Shown here one piece after another: positions 1-7,934 of a stretch of 32,000 nt of DNA; position 1 is the first letter of the stretch, and each line of letters begins with the position of its first letter. The DNA is from an uncultured Planctomycetia bacterium. Its GTDB lineage: Bacteria > Omnitrophota > Gorgyraeia > Duberdicusellales > 4484-171. A program made the translations under genes and the position numbers. The DNA lies in contig CAZHYN010000011.1 of assembly GCA_964536865.1 (NCBI GenBank), positions 1 through 32,000 of the forward strand, written 5' to 3'. The notes under the pieces were generated by a model, which did not search any database, had not been told where the DNA came from, and saw only the letters and a list, made by a program, of their open reading frames with translations.

Positions 1-70
1 GTATTAAAACAGAATATGGTTTCTTTAGAATTTGCGAAAAAATGTTGGCAGTACTCTCCTCTAAAAATTC

Positions 71-98
71 TTGACAGGTTTAAAAACTTTGCTATTTT
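71..98 (+). promoter_or_regulatory. Putative sigma70-type promoter for the riboswitch-led cob operon
   Basis: TTGACA at 71-76, a 16-nt spacer, and an extended -10 TGcTATTTT at 90-98. It lies just upstream of the riboswitch. Confidence 0.4.
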
Positions 99-127
99 AT
101 TAAATAGCTCTTTATAAAATTAAAGAA

Positions 128-453
128 ATCTTTTAGGTCTATCCGCTAAAAGCGGATCTGCCTCAGGCAGAAGGGAATGCCGTGGCTTCGACGTTACGTC
201 GGAGGAATCGGCAGCTGTCCCGCAGCTGTAATCCCGCCCTTTTTAGGAACTCCTAAAAAGGGAACCCTTTTAGCCCGTTTGTGCCACTGTCCACAATAGA
301 AGGATGGGAAGGCTGCTAAAAGGGCGGGAGAGCCAGAAGACCTGGCCTAAAAGGAAATTCTTTAGGTTATCGAGGAAATAGCCTGAAGATTTTTTATTAA
401 GAAGGGCCAAGTAAATCAGGGTGCAACCCCGACGTAACGTCGGGGGTTTTTTT
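128..453 (+). promoter_or_regulatory. Cobalamin riboswitch (with P6 extension) plus expression platform
   Basis: Conserved elements read directly: AAGGGAAUGCCGUG at 171-184, GCAGCUGUCCCGCAGCUGUAA at 211-231, GUGCCACUG at 281-289, GGGAAGGC at 306-313, and the B12 box GAGCCAGAAGACCUGGCC at 330-347. The P1 candidate UUUUAGGUC (131-139) can pair with GACCU..CCUAAAA (339-352). The element ends in an intrinsic terminator. Confidence 0.85.
427..453 (+). terminator. Intrinsic terminator of riboswitch 1 expression platform
   Basis: Hairpin CCCCGACG-uaa-CGUCGGGG (427-445) followed by a T7 run (447-453). It ends 8 nt before the cobC ATG, and no separate SD lies between them. Confidence 0.7.
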
Positions 454-460
454 ATTTAAG

Positions 461-1075
461 ATGAAGCAATTAATTCTTATAAGACATGCAGAAACAGATT
501 ATAATCTTAAGGCTAAATATTGTGGATTTAGCAACCCTCCTTTAAATAGTAAAGGAATACTCCAAGCAAAGAAATTAAAAGCTAAGCTGATCAGATTAAA
601 CCTTAAAGTTGATAAAATCTATTCAAGTGATCTAAAAAGAGCTGTGGAGACTGCTAAGATTATTTTTAAAAATAAATCCTTTGAGCTAAATTCAGATTTT
701 CGAGAGATGAATTTTGGAATTTTTGAAGGATTAAACTATCAGGAGATTATGCAAAAATATCCCCAAATTTATATAAGATGGATAGACGAACCATTGAACA
801 TCAGGCTTCCTAAGGGTGAAGGGTTGGTGGATTTATTCAGAAGAGTTAAAAGGGGCTTATCTAAAATTTTTACTCAGGATACAGCCAAAACAATAGCCAT
901 AGTAACTCATGCCGGACCAATAAGAATTATTTTATGTGAGATATTAAATTATAAGTTGGAGCATTTCTGGAAGATAAAACAGGATATTTCTGCATTAAAT
1001 ATTATTAATTATCCGAAAAATTCAGCCCCCGTAATAGGTAAGGTGAACGATACTTCTCATTTGATGCTAATATGA
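461..1075 (+). CDS. cobC: Alpha-ribazole phosphatase (histidine phosphatase family)
   Basis: N-terminal RHAETDYN motif and a second His in VTHAGPIR. It is the first gene after the cobalamin riboswitch. Its stop overlaps the cobU start by 4 nt. Confidence 0.85.
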   Translation: MKQLILIRHAETDYNLKAKYCGFSNPPLNSKGILQAKKLKAKLIRLNLKVDKIYSSDLKRAVETAKIIFKNKSFELNSDFREMNFGIFEGLNYQEIMQKYPQIYIRWIDEPLNIRLPKGEGLVDLFRRVKRGLSKIFTQDTAKTIAIVTHAGPIRIILCEILNYKLEHFWKIKQDISALNIINYPKNSAPVIGKVNDTSHLMLI

Positions 1076-1629
1076 AGAAAGTTGTTTTTATCTTAGGTGG
1101 AGCAAGGAGTGGTAAAAGTAGTTATGCTGTAGAATTAGCAAAAGAATTAAATAAAAGAACTGTTTTTATTGCTACCTGTATTTTTTTTGATGACCAGATG
1201 AAGGAGAGGATAAAAATGCATAAAGCACAAAGGCCTAAGAAATGGAAGTTAATTGAAGAAGGCAAAGATATTAATTCAGTTTTAGCAAGTTTTAAAAATA
1301 AATACGAGATAATTTTAATTGATTGCTTAGGAATGTGGATTTCAAACCTTCTTTTAGATGGTTTAAAAGATAAACAGATAGAAAAAGAAATCTTTAGATT
1401 AATTAAATCCATATCTAAATTTAAAGGTGTTACCATTCTGGTTTCCAATGAAGTAGGAATGGGGATAGTTCCTGATAATCCTTTGGCAAGGAGATTTAGA
1501 GATTTATTGGGAAGGGCTAATCAGATAATAGCAAGAAATGCTGATGAGGTTATTTTTATGCACTCAGGGATACCAAGAGTTTTAAAAGAGGGAGGAAAAA
1601 ATGCAAAAGCTAAAGGAGACAATAAATAA
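1072..1629 (+). CDS. cobU: Adenosylcobinamide kinase / adenosylcobinamide-phosphate guanylyltransferase
   Basis: P-loop GGARSGKS at the N-terminus. The 185-aa length and overall pattern are typical of CobU/CobP. Operon context supports the call. Confidence 0.9.
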   Translation: MKKVVFILGGARSGKSSYAVELAKELNKRTVFIATCIFFDDQMKERIKMHKAQRPKKWKLIEEGKDINSVLASFKNKYEIILIDCLGMWISNLLLDGLKDKQIEKEIFRLIKSISKFKGVTILVSNEVGMGIVPDNPLARRFRDLLGRANQIIARNADEVIFMHSGIPRVLKEGGKNAKAKGDNK

Positions 1630-2674
1630 AATTGAGAAACTGGATTTTTCTTTAATGGAAGAGACTCAAAAAAAGCTGGATAATCTTACCAAACCAAAAG
1701 GAAGTCTTGGTAGATTGGAAGAGATTGCAAAGCAGGTTGTAGGGATTACAAAGAAAAGAAATCCTCTATTTAAAAATAAAGTTATATTTGTGATGGCTGC
1801 AGATCATGGAGTTACAGAAGAAGGGGTAAGTGCCTACCCTAAGGAGGTTACTTCTCAGATGGTCTATAACTTTATGAAGGGGAAAGCAGCAATTAATGTG
1901 CTGGCAAAACATGTTGGAGCAAGAGTCTTAGTAGTTGATATGGGAGTAACCAGGAGATTGCAGATTACAAATTACAAATTGCAAAATTTTAGAGATAGAA
2001 AGATAAATTATGGAACGAAAAATATAGTAAGAGGACCAGCGATGACTAAAGAGGAAGCAGTAAGAGCTATTGAGGCAGGGATTGAGGTATTTGAGGAGGA
2101 GCTATCAAGAGGGATTGATATTGTTGCTACAGGTGATATGGGTATTGGAAATACTACTTCCTCTTCAGCAATAGCTTCGTGTTTGGCAGGCAGAAGCATA
2201 AAGGATTTAACAGGAAGAGGCACAGGTGTTAGCGATGAGGTATTTTTAAGAAAAGTAGAGATAATTGAGAAAGCAATCAGGATTAATCAACCAAATCCTT
2301 CTGATCCTGTGGATGTATTATCAAAAGTGGGTGGATTTGAGATAGGTGGGCTTGTAGGAATAATTTTGGCTTCTGCATCAAAAAGAGTTCCTGTGGTAAT
2401 TGATGGATTTATTTCTGGGGCAGCAGCATTGATAGCCTATTCTCTAAAAAAGGAGGTAAAGGATTTTTTAATTGCTGGACACTGTTCAGCAGAAAAAGGA
2501 CATAAACTTATCCTTGAATATTTAGGTCTTAGCCCCCTTTTAAACCTTGATATGCGGCTTGGAGAAGGAACAGGTGCAGCCTTAGGGATAAGTATTGTTG
2601 AGGCAAGTATTAAACTTTTAACCCAGATGGCAACATTTGAGGAGGCAGGAGTTTCAACAAAAATTGGCGAATGA
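1601..2674 (+). CDS. cobT: Nicotinate-nucleotide--dimethylbenzimidazole phosphoribosyltransferase
   Basis: Motifs KPKGSLGRLEE and GDMGIGNTT. SD GGAGG at 1591-1595. The start overlaps the cobU 3' end by 29 nt. Confidence 0.92.
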   Translation: MQKLKETINKIEKLDFSLMEETQKKLDNLTKPKGSLGRLEEIAKQVVGITKKRNPLFKNKVIFVMAADHGVTEEGVSAYPKEVTSQMVYNFMKGKAAINVLAKHVGARVLVVDMGVTRRLQITNYKLQNFRDRKINYGTKNIVRGPAMTKEEAVRAIEAGIEVFEEELSRGIDIVATGDMGIGNTTSSSAIASCLAGRSIKDLTGRGTGVSDEVFLRKVEIIEKAIRINQPNPSDPVDVLSKVGGFEIGGLVGIILASASKRVPVVIDGFISGAAALIAYSLKKEVKDFLIAGHCSAEKGHKLILEYLGLSPLLNLDMRLGEGTGAALGISIVEASIKLLTQMATFEEAGVSTKIGE

Positions 2675-3414
2675 AGGGGTTTTTAATTGCTTTACAGTTT
2701 TTAACCATATTTCCTGTAAGAATTAAATCCATAAAGGAGAAGGATTTTGGCGACTCCCTTTTATATTTTCCTTTAATTGGTTTATTAATAGGTTTACTGT
2801 TAACTTTAAGTAGTTTTTTGTTTTCTTTCTTACCCCCATTTTTAAAAGCTACCCTTATCTTACTTACCTCTATTATTATCACCGGAGGAATCCACTTAGA
2901 TGGATTTGTCGATACCTGTGATGGGTTTTATGGCAGAAAAGAAAAGGAGGAAATTTTAGAAATTATGCGAGACAGTCACCTCGGGGTAATGGGAGTGATA
3001 GGTTTGATTTCTAACTTCCTTTTAAAGATAGGCTTTATAATGGCTTTATCCCAAGCAATACTCTGGAAGGCATTGATTTTGATGGCTGTATTTTCAAGAT
3101 GGGTTCAGGTTCTGGTCTGTAATACCTCTTCTTATGTGCGCAAAGAAGGTAAAGCAAAGTATTTTATAGAGTATGCTTTTAAAAAAAGTCTTTATTTAGG
3201 AGGAGGTTTTTGTTTGGCTTTATTCTTATTCTTAATCCAGCTTAAGGGGATTATTTTGTTCTTTTTTTCTTTACTACCAGTATTTCTGTTTTCATCTTAT
3301 GTAAAGAGAAAGATTGGAGGAATGACAGGAGATACAATTGGAGCAGTAAGTGAACTTAGCGAAATATTTTTGCTTTGTGGATGCCTGTTATTATATGGAA
3401 TCAATAGGTATTAG
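2671..3414 (+). CDS. cobS: Adenosylcobinamide-GDP ribazoletransferase (cobalamin synthase)
   Basis: N-terminal ALQFLTIFP motif, HLDGFVDTCDG motif, and a polytopic membrane profile. ATGA overlap with cobT. Confidence 0.9.
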   Translation: MKGFLIALQFLTIFPVRIKSIKEKDFGDSLLYFPLIGLLIGLLLTLSSFLFSFLPPFLKATLILLTSIIITGGIHLDGFVDTCDGFYGRKEKEEILEIMRDSHLGVMGVIGLISNFLLKIGFIMALSQAILWKALILMAVFSRWVQVLVCNTSSYVRKEGKAKYFIEYAFKKSLYLGGGFCLALFLFLIQLKGIILFFFSLLPVFLFSSYVKRKIGGMTGDTIGAVSELSEIFLLCGCLLLYGINRY

Positions 3415-4339
3415 CTTATCTTATCTATTAGATTTAATTATAGGGGATCCCTGCTGGTTTCCTCATCCTGTAAAAGGGCTGGGAAGATTGATAATTTTTC
3501 TGGAAAAGAAATTAAAGAATAGCAAGAAAGGGTATATTCTACGTATGAAAGGGGTTTTACTTGCGGTTATTGTAGTAGGAGTCTCGGTAACAGCTACCTA
3601 TATGGTTTTATATTTTGCTGGAAGAATTGATTATATTTTAAAATTTATCTTCTGGATTATCTTAGGCTATATAAGTTTAGCTACCAAGGATTTATTTCTC
3701 CATGTAAAAAGAATTTTAGAAAAGATTAAGAATGAAGATATAAAAGGGGCAAGAAAAAATCTCTCCTTTATTGTGGGAAGGGATACGCAAGATTTATCGA
3801 GAAAAGAGATTATTTGTGCCTGTATAGAAAGCATTGCTGAGAATACAAATGATGGAATAATTGCCCCTTTATTTTACCTTATTTTAGGAGGACCAACTTT
3901 GGCTGTAGGCTATAAAGCGATAAATACTCTTGATTCCATGGTAGGATATAAAAATGAGGACTACAGAGATTTTGGTTGGTTTTCCGCAAGGTTAGATGAT
4001 TTTGTAAATTTTATTCCTGCCCGTATTACAGGAATACTGATTGTTGTATCTTCTTTTCTTTTAAGATATAACTTTAGAGATTCTTTCCGTATAATGTGTA
4101 GAGATAAAAGAAAGCATCTTTCTCCAAATAGTGGTATCCCAGAAGCAGCTATGGCAGGAGCTTTAGGTATAAGAGTGGGAGGATCTGCAAAATATAAAGG
4201 AAAATTAGTTATAAAACCTTATATTGGGGAAGATAAAACTTTTATAGAGCCTGGTTTGATTAATAAAGCAATAAAGGTGATGTTTCTTACATCATTTCTT
4301 ATGGCTCTTGGAGGAGTTATTTTAAGATGGATAATTTAA
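3395..4339 (+). CDS. cbiB: Adenosylcobinamide-phosphate synthase
   Basis: N-terminal LLDLIIGDPCWFPHPV motif and the multi-TM CbiB/CobD family pattern. I prefer the ATG at 3395 (MESIGISL...) over the track start at 3350, which would run deep into cobS. Confidence 0.87.
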   Translation: MESIGISLSYLLDLIIGDPCWFPHPVKGLGRLIIFLEKKLKNSKKGYILRMKGVLLAVIVVGVSVTATYMVLYFAGRIDYILKFIFWIILGYISLATKDLFLHVKRILEKIKNEDIKGARKNLSFIVGRDTQDLSRKEIICACIESIAENTNDGIIAPLFYLILGGPTLAVGYKAINTLDSMVGYKNEDYRDFGWFSARLDDFVNFIPARITGILIVVSSFLLRYNFRDSFRIMCRDKRKHLSPNSGIPEAAMAGALGIRVGGSAKYKGKLVIKPYIGEDKTFIEPGLINKAIKVMFLTSFLMALGGVILRWII

Positions 4340-5379
4340 TCTTTGAACACGGTGGCAATATTTATGAAATTAAAAGAAATTACAGAAGAGATGTTATTGA
4401 TTTCAGTGCAAATATTAATCCTTTAGGTTTTCCTCCAAAGATAAAAAGCAGGTTATGTAAAAATCTTCAATACATTCTTCATTATCCGGATATAAAAGCA
4501 GAATCCCTTATAAAAAGGATTGCTAAATACTGGTCTATAAAGGAAGAAAACATTTTGGTTGGTAATGGTTCTGTTGACCTTTTATACTTTCTAATTTATA
4601 CCTTTAAACCCAGGAAGGTATGTATCCCTTTTCCAACATTTTCTGAATATGAACGTGCAGCCCGTTGTATAGAAGCTAAAATTAATTTTCTGAAATTGCA
4701 GGAAGATAAAGATTTTAAATTTCAGGGTTTAAAATCAATGGATGCAGAAGTCTTATTTCTGTGCAATCCCAACAATCCTACAGGGAATCTCATCCTTGAA
4801 GAAGAAGATTTTATAGAAAGGTTACCTGTAGAATTAGTCATTATTGATGAAGCCTTTATGGATTTTCTACCAGATGAGAAGAAGTATACCTTAATTTGGA
4901 AGGCTCAAAAGAGTAAAAAAATTATAGTTTTAAGGACATTTACCAAATTTTTTGCTCTTGCAGGATTAAGGCTTGGTTATCTTGTTGCTCAAAAAGATAC
5001 CATTGGTGAACTTAAAAAAAGACAGGTTCCCTGGTGTGTAAACTCTTTCGCTCAACTTCTGGGAGAATCAATCTTAGATGAGAAGGAGTATATAGAGAAA
5101 ACACGGCAATTCATAGAAAGGGAGCGGAGATTCTTATTTACTGAACTTACTGAAATTAGAGAACTAAAACCTTATCCTTCAGTAACTAATTTTCTCTTAA
5201 TTAAAATAGAGAAGAAAAAACTTACCTCCTCTTTATTAAAAACAAAATTGATTCAGGAAGGGATTCTTATCCGAGATTGTTCAAATTTTAGAGGATTAAA
5301 TAATAAATTTATCCGCATTGCTGTACGCAGACACAATGAAAATCTTAAATTGATAGAGGCATTAAAAAAAGTAGTATGA
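4327..5379 (+). CDS. cobD: L-threonine-O-3-phosphate decarboxylase (class I/II aminotransferase fold)
   Basis: NPNNPTG motif and the PLP-lysine region RTFTKFFALAGLRLGY. It is adjacent to cbiB and overlaps it by 13 nt. Confidence 0.85.
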   Translation: MDNLIFEHGGNIYEIKRNYRRDVIDFSANINPLGFPPKIKSRLCKNLQYILHYPDIKAESLIKRIAKYWSIKEENILVGNGSVDLLYFLIYTFKPRKVCIPFPTFSEYERAARCIEAKINFLKLQEDKDFKFQGLKSMDAEVLFLCNPNNPTGNLILEEEDFIERLPVELVIIDEAFMDFLPDEKKYTLIWKAQKSKKIIVLRTFTKFFALAGLRLGYLVAQKDTIGELKKRQVPWCVNSFAQLLGESILDEKEYIEKTRQFIERERRFLFTELTEIRELKPYPSVTNFLLIKIEKKKLTSSLLKTKLIQEGILIRDCSNFRGLNNKFIRIAVRRHNENLKLIEALKKVV

Positions 5380-6296
5380 GAAGAGTAATTGAAGATTTAA
5401 GGAGTATTTTAAAAGAAGTTGTAGAAAGAAATTCTTACGAGGCGCTGCTTTTCTCAGGAGGACTTGATACCTCAATTTTAGCTTACCTTAATGCTTCTTG
5501 CGTAGCTATCACGGTAAGTTTGGAATCTTTCTCAGAAGATTTACATTATTCTGAAATTTTAGCAAAATTCCTTAATATGGAGCATTATCACAGAAAAGTA
5601 AAGATTGATGAAGCAATGGAGGCTATACCTCATCTAATAAGAATTCTTAAATCCTTTGACCCTGCTCTTCCTAATGATCTTGTTGTATATTTTGGACTTA
5701 AATCGGCTGGGGAGCTGGGGATAGAGAGGGTAGTAACTGGCGATGGTGCAGATGAATTATTTTGTGGATATTCCTATATGAAGGATTTAGATGATTTAGA
5801 GACTCATATTAAAAGAATTTCCCGGAATATGAGTTTTAGTTCCAATATTATTGGTAAATTTTACCGGATAAAGATAATTCAGCCTTTCTGTGATATCGTT
5901 GATTTTGCTTTAAAGATTCCTGTTAAGTTAAAAATAAAAGAGTCTGGTGGCAAAATCTGGGGTAAGTGGATATTGAGGAAGGCATTTGAAGGTTTGTTGC
6001 CACAAGAGGTTATCTGGCAGGATAAAAGACCCTTGGAATATGGTTCAGGGATGACTAAGTTAAGAGAAATTATCAGAGCAAAAATTTCTGATGAAGAGTT
6101 TGAGGAAAAAAAGAGATTTTATTCCTTAAAGTTTTTAAATAAAGAGCATCTCTATTTTTATGAAATCTATCAAAAAGAAGTAGGAAAAATCCCTGAGCCT
6201 TCTGAAGGAGAAAAGTGCTGTCCTAATTGTGGAGCAGGGATAAAACAGGATTCTTTTCACTGTAGGATTTGTGGATATGTTTTAGGAGATAAATGA
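5376..6296 (+). CDS. Asparagine-synthetase-type PP-loop ATP pyrophosphatase domain protein with C-terminal zinc ribbon; no glutaminase domain
   Basis: PP-loop FSGGLDTS (nt 5451-5474), TGDGADELFCGY, and WILRKAF..LP..VIWQDKRP, which are motifs of the AsnB C-terminal domain. C-terminal CPNCG..x9..CRICG. ATGA overlap with cobD. Confidence 0.75.
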   Translation: MRRVIEDLRSILKEVVERNSYEALLFSGGLDTSILAYLNASCVAITVSLESFSEDLHYSEILAKFLNMEHYHRKVKIDEAMEAIPHLIRILKSFDPALPNDLVVYFGLKSAGELGIERVVTGDGADELFCGYSYMKDLDDLETHIKRISRNMSFSSNIIGKFYRIKIIQPFCDIVDFALKIPVKLKIKESGGKIWGKWILRKAFEGLLPQEVIWQDKRPLEYGSGMTKLREIIRAKISDEEFEEKKRFYSLKFLNKEHLYFYEIYQKEVGKIPEPSEGEKCCPNCGAGIKQDSFHCRICGYVLGDK

Positions 6297-6958
6297 AAGC
6301 ATTTGTTTCCTGGAGTGGAGGTAAAGAAAGTTCCTTAGCCTGTTGGAAAGTTATAAAAAGAGGTTTTGAAGTTAAATATCTTTTAAATATGGTATCAGAA
6401 GGTGGCAGGTATTCTCATTCACATGGAATAAGTTTGCCCCTATTAAAGAAACAGGCTGAGGCAATAAAGATTCCTATAGTGCAGGTAAAAACCACATGGA
6501 AGAGTTACGAAGAGAATTTTAAAAAAGCAGTTTTAAAACTTAAAGAAGAAGGAATTGAGGCAGGAGTATTTGGAGATATAGACTTAAGAGAACATAGAGA
6601 TTGGATAGAAAGGGTATGTAGAGAATTGAAGATTAAAGCAATTCTTCCTTTATGGGGACAAGAAAGAGAAAAGTTACTTAAGGAATTTATAGAGGTAAAG
6701 TTTGAAGCTATTGTTGTAGCTATTGATACCAACTACTTAGATAAAGAATTGCTGGGAGAAAGGATAAATGAAGAATTTATTCAGAAGCTAAAGGAGAGAA
6801 AAAATATTGATCTTTGTGGAGAGAAGGGTGAATATCATACTTTTGTTTATGGAGGGCCTATTTTTAAGAAGCCTTTAGAGTTTATTACAGGTAAAAGGAT
6901 ATTAAGAGATAAAAGATGTTTTTTGGAGGTTAAACCCAAAATTTGCATTAGAGATTGA
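6293..6958 (+). CDS. MJ0570/Dph6-type PP-loop ATP-binding domain protein (diphthine-ammonia-ligase-like)
   Basis: N-terminal SWSGGKESS PP-loop (nt 6314-6331), GFEVKYLLNMVSE, and the GEKGEYHTFV motif characteristic of the MJ0570 family. ATGA overlap with the preceding gene. Confidence 0.8.
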   Translation: MKAFVSWSGGKESSLACWKVIKRGFEVKYLLNMVSEGGRYSHSHGISLPLLKKQAEAIKIPIVQVKTTWKSYEENFKKAVLKLKEEGIEAGVFGDIDLREHRDWIERVCRELKIKAILPLWGQEREKLLKEFIEVKFEAIVVAIDTNYLDKELLGERINEEFIQKLKERKNIDLCGEKGEYHTFVYGGPIFKKPLEFITGKRILRDKRCFLEVKPKICIRD

Positions 6959-7032
6959 AAAGCTTCCTAACTATTCAAAATGTTACAGTTATACAGTAAA
7001 GCTTTACACCAAAAAGATACAAAGGCAAATCT

Positions 7033-7188
7033 CAGCCCCGCCCTTTCTGCTACGAAGAAAATCTACGATGTAGAAAGGGCGGGGCTGTGGTTTTGCCTTC
7101 GGCAGCCCTTTATTTTTCATAGGAAGAAATTCATTCGTAGAAATAAAGGGCTGGGTCCTTCGGACAAATTTTTCTAATGAAAAATTTG
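7033..7188 (+). other. Tandemly duplicated structured RNA/DNA element (two long perfect hairpins, each followed by a CCUUCGG mini-hairpin, plus an AT hairpin)
   Basis: Hairpin A: arms 7033-7048 and 7072-7087, 16 bp perfect. Mini-hairpin at 7094-7104. Hairpin B: arms 7103-7115 and 7141-7153, 13 bp perfect. Mini-hairpin at 7155-7165. AT hairpin at 7165-7188. Units A and B align with each other. Confidence 0.55.
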
Positions 7189-7202
7189 GGTTAAATTAAA
7201 AA

Positions 7203-7934
7203 ATGAATAGAAAAGAGATTGCTTTAAATTTGGAAGGTGTAAAGGCAGAGATAATTTATCATTATTTTGAAAGTGTTAAAGTAAAGACTTTTCTTCTTTC
7301 TTTTTCAAAAAGAAGAAAAGTTTTATCAACTCTGGAAGGATTTAAGGAAGTGAAGTTTGTTGGCAATCATTACAATCCTCCCAAGCTTTGGGATTTTGTT
7401 CATAAAAATAAGAAGGAATATGAAGAAAGAATTTATTCTGATTTAGGAATAAATCCTAAGGATATAGCCATGTTATTTACTGGAGTGGATATGGATAATA
7501 TTTGTTTTAAAAAGGGAGGATTTAAAGATATTCAAGTCTGTGCCTGTGTTACCGCTGGTGTTAAATCCAATGCTCAAAGAATAGGAGTTGATGAAGCAAA
7601 AAGTGTAGAAATCAGAGAAGGAGTATTTGAATCACTGGGAACAGTTAACATAATAGTTCTTTTAAATTCATCTTTAACTGAGGGAGCAATGGCAAGAAGC
7701 ATAATTACGATAACTGAAGCAAAAACAATTACCTTTCAAGATTTGGATATAAGGAGTTCATATAATCCCAGGATTCAGGCTACAGGAACGGGAACAGATA
7801 ATATTATGGTAGTTTCAGGTTTTGGGAAAGAGATAACCTATGTGGGTGGGCATGCAAAGATGGGAGAGATAATGGCAAGGGCAGTAAGTTATGCAGTAAG
7901 AGAAGCAATCTTAAAACAAGATAAAATGAAATGA
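7203..7934 (+). CDS. cbiZ: Adenosylcobinamide amidohydrolase
   Basis: The pattern TAGVKSNAQRIG ... GTVNIIVLLNSSLTEGAMARSIITITEAKT ... ATGTGTDNIMVV matches my recollection of the CbiZ family. It sits between cob genes and a BtuF-like gene. Confidence 0.75.
   Translation: MNRKEIALNLEGVKAEIIYHYFESVKVKTFLLSFSKRRKVLSTLEGFKEVKFVGNHYNPPKLWDFVHKNKKEYEERIYSDLGINPKDIAMLFTGVDMDNICFKKGGFKDIQVCACVTAGVKSNAQRIGVDEAKSVEIREGVFESLGTVNIIVLLNSSLTEGAMARSIITITEAKTITFQDLDIRSSYNPRIQATGTGTDNIMVVSGFGKEITYVGGHAKMGEIMARAVSYAVREAILKQDKMK

Noticed and set aside
1951-1990. ATTACAA heptamer duplication flanked by ATTGCA inside cobT (encodes ..LQITNYKLQNF..).
   Set aside because: It is short, in-frame and lies in a variable region of CobT. 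I have no evidence of functional significance.
3350-3394. Upstream extension of cbiB.
   Set aside because: It would overlap cobS by 65 nt and would add a Cys/Tyr/Phe-rich peptide not typical of CbiB. The conserved N-terminal motif begins right after the ATG at 3395.
6980-7177. 65-aa + strand ORF in the cob/cbiZ spacer.
   Set aside because: It is built entirely from the arms of the long hairpins, has no SD, and its composition is dictated by palindromic DNA. The region is better explained as structured RNA/DNA.
6959-7202. A third cobalamin riboswitch in front of cbiZ.
   Set aside because: I looked for the B12 box, GCCACTG, the AGGGAA core and CTGYCCCCGCAACTGTAA-like elements and found none. 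Only the GC-rich stem is shared with riboswitch 1.
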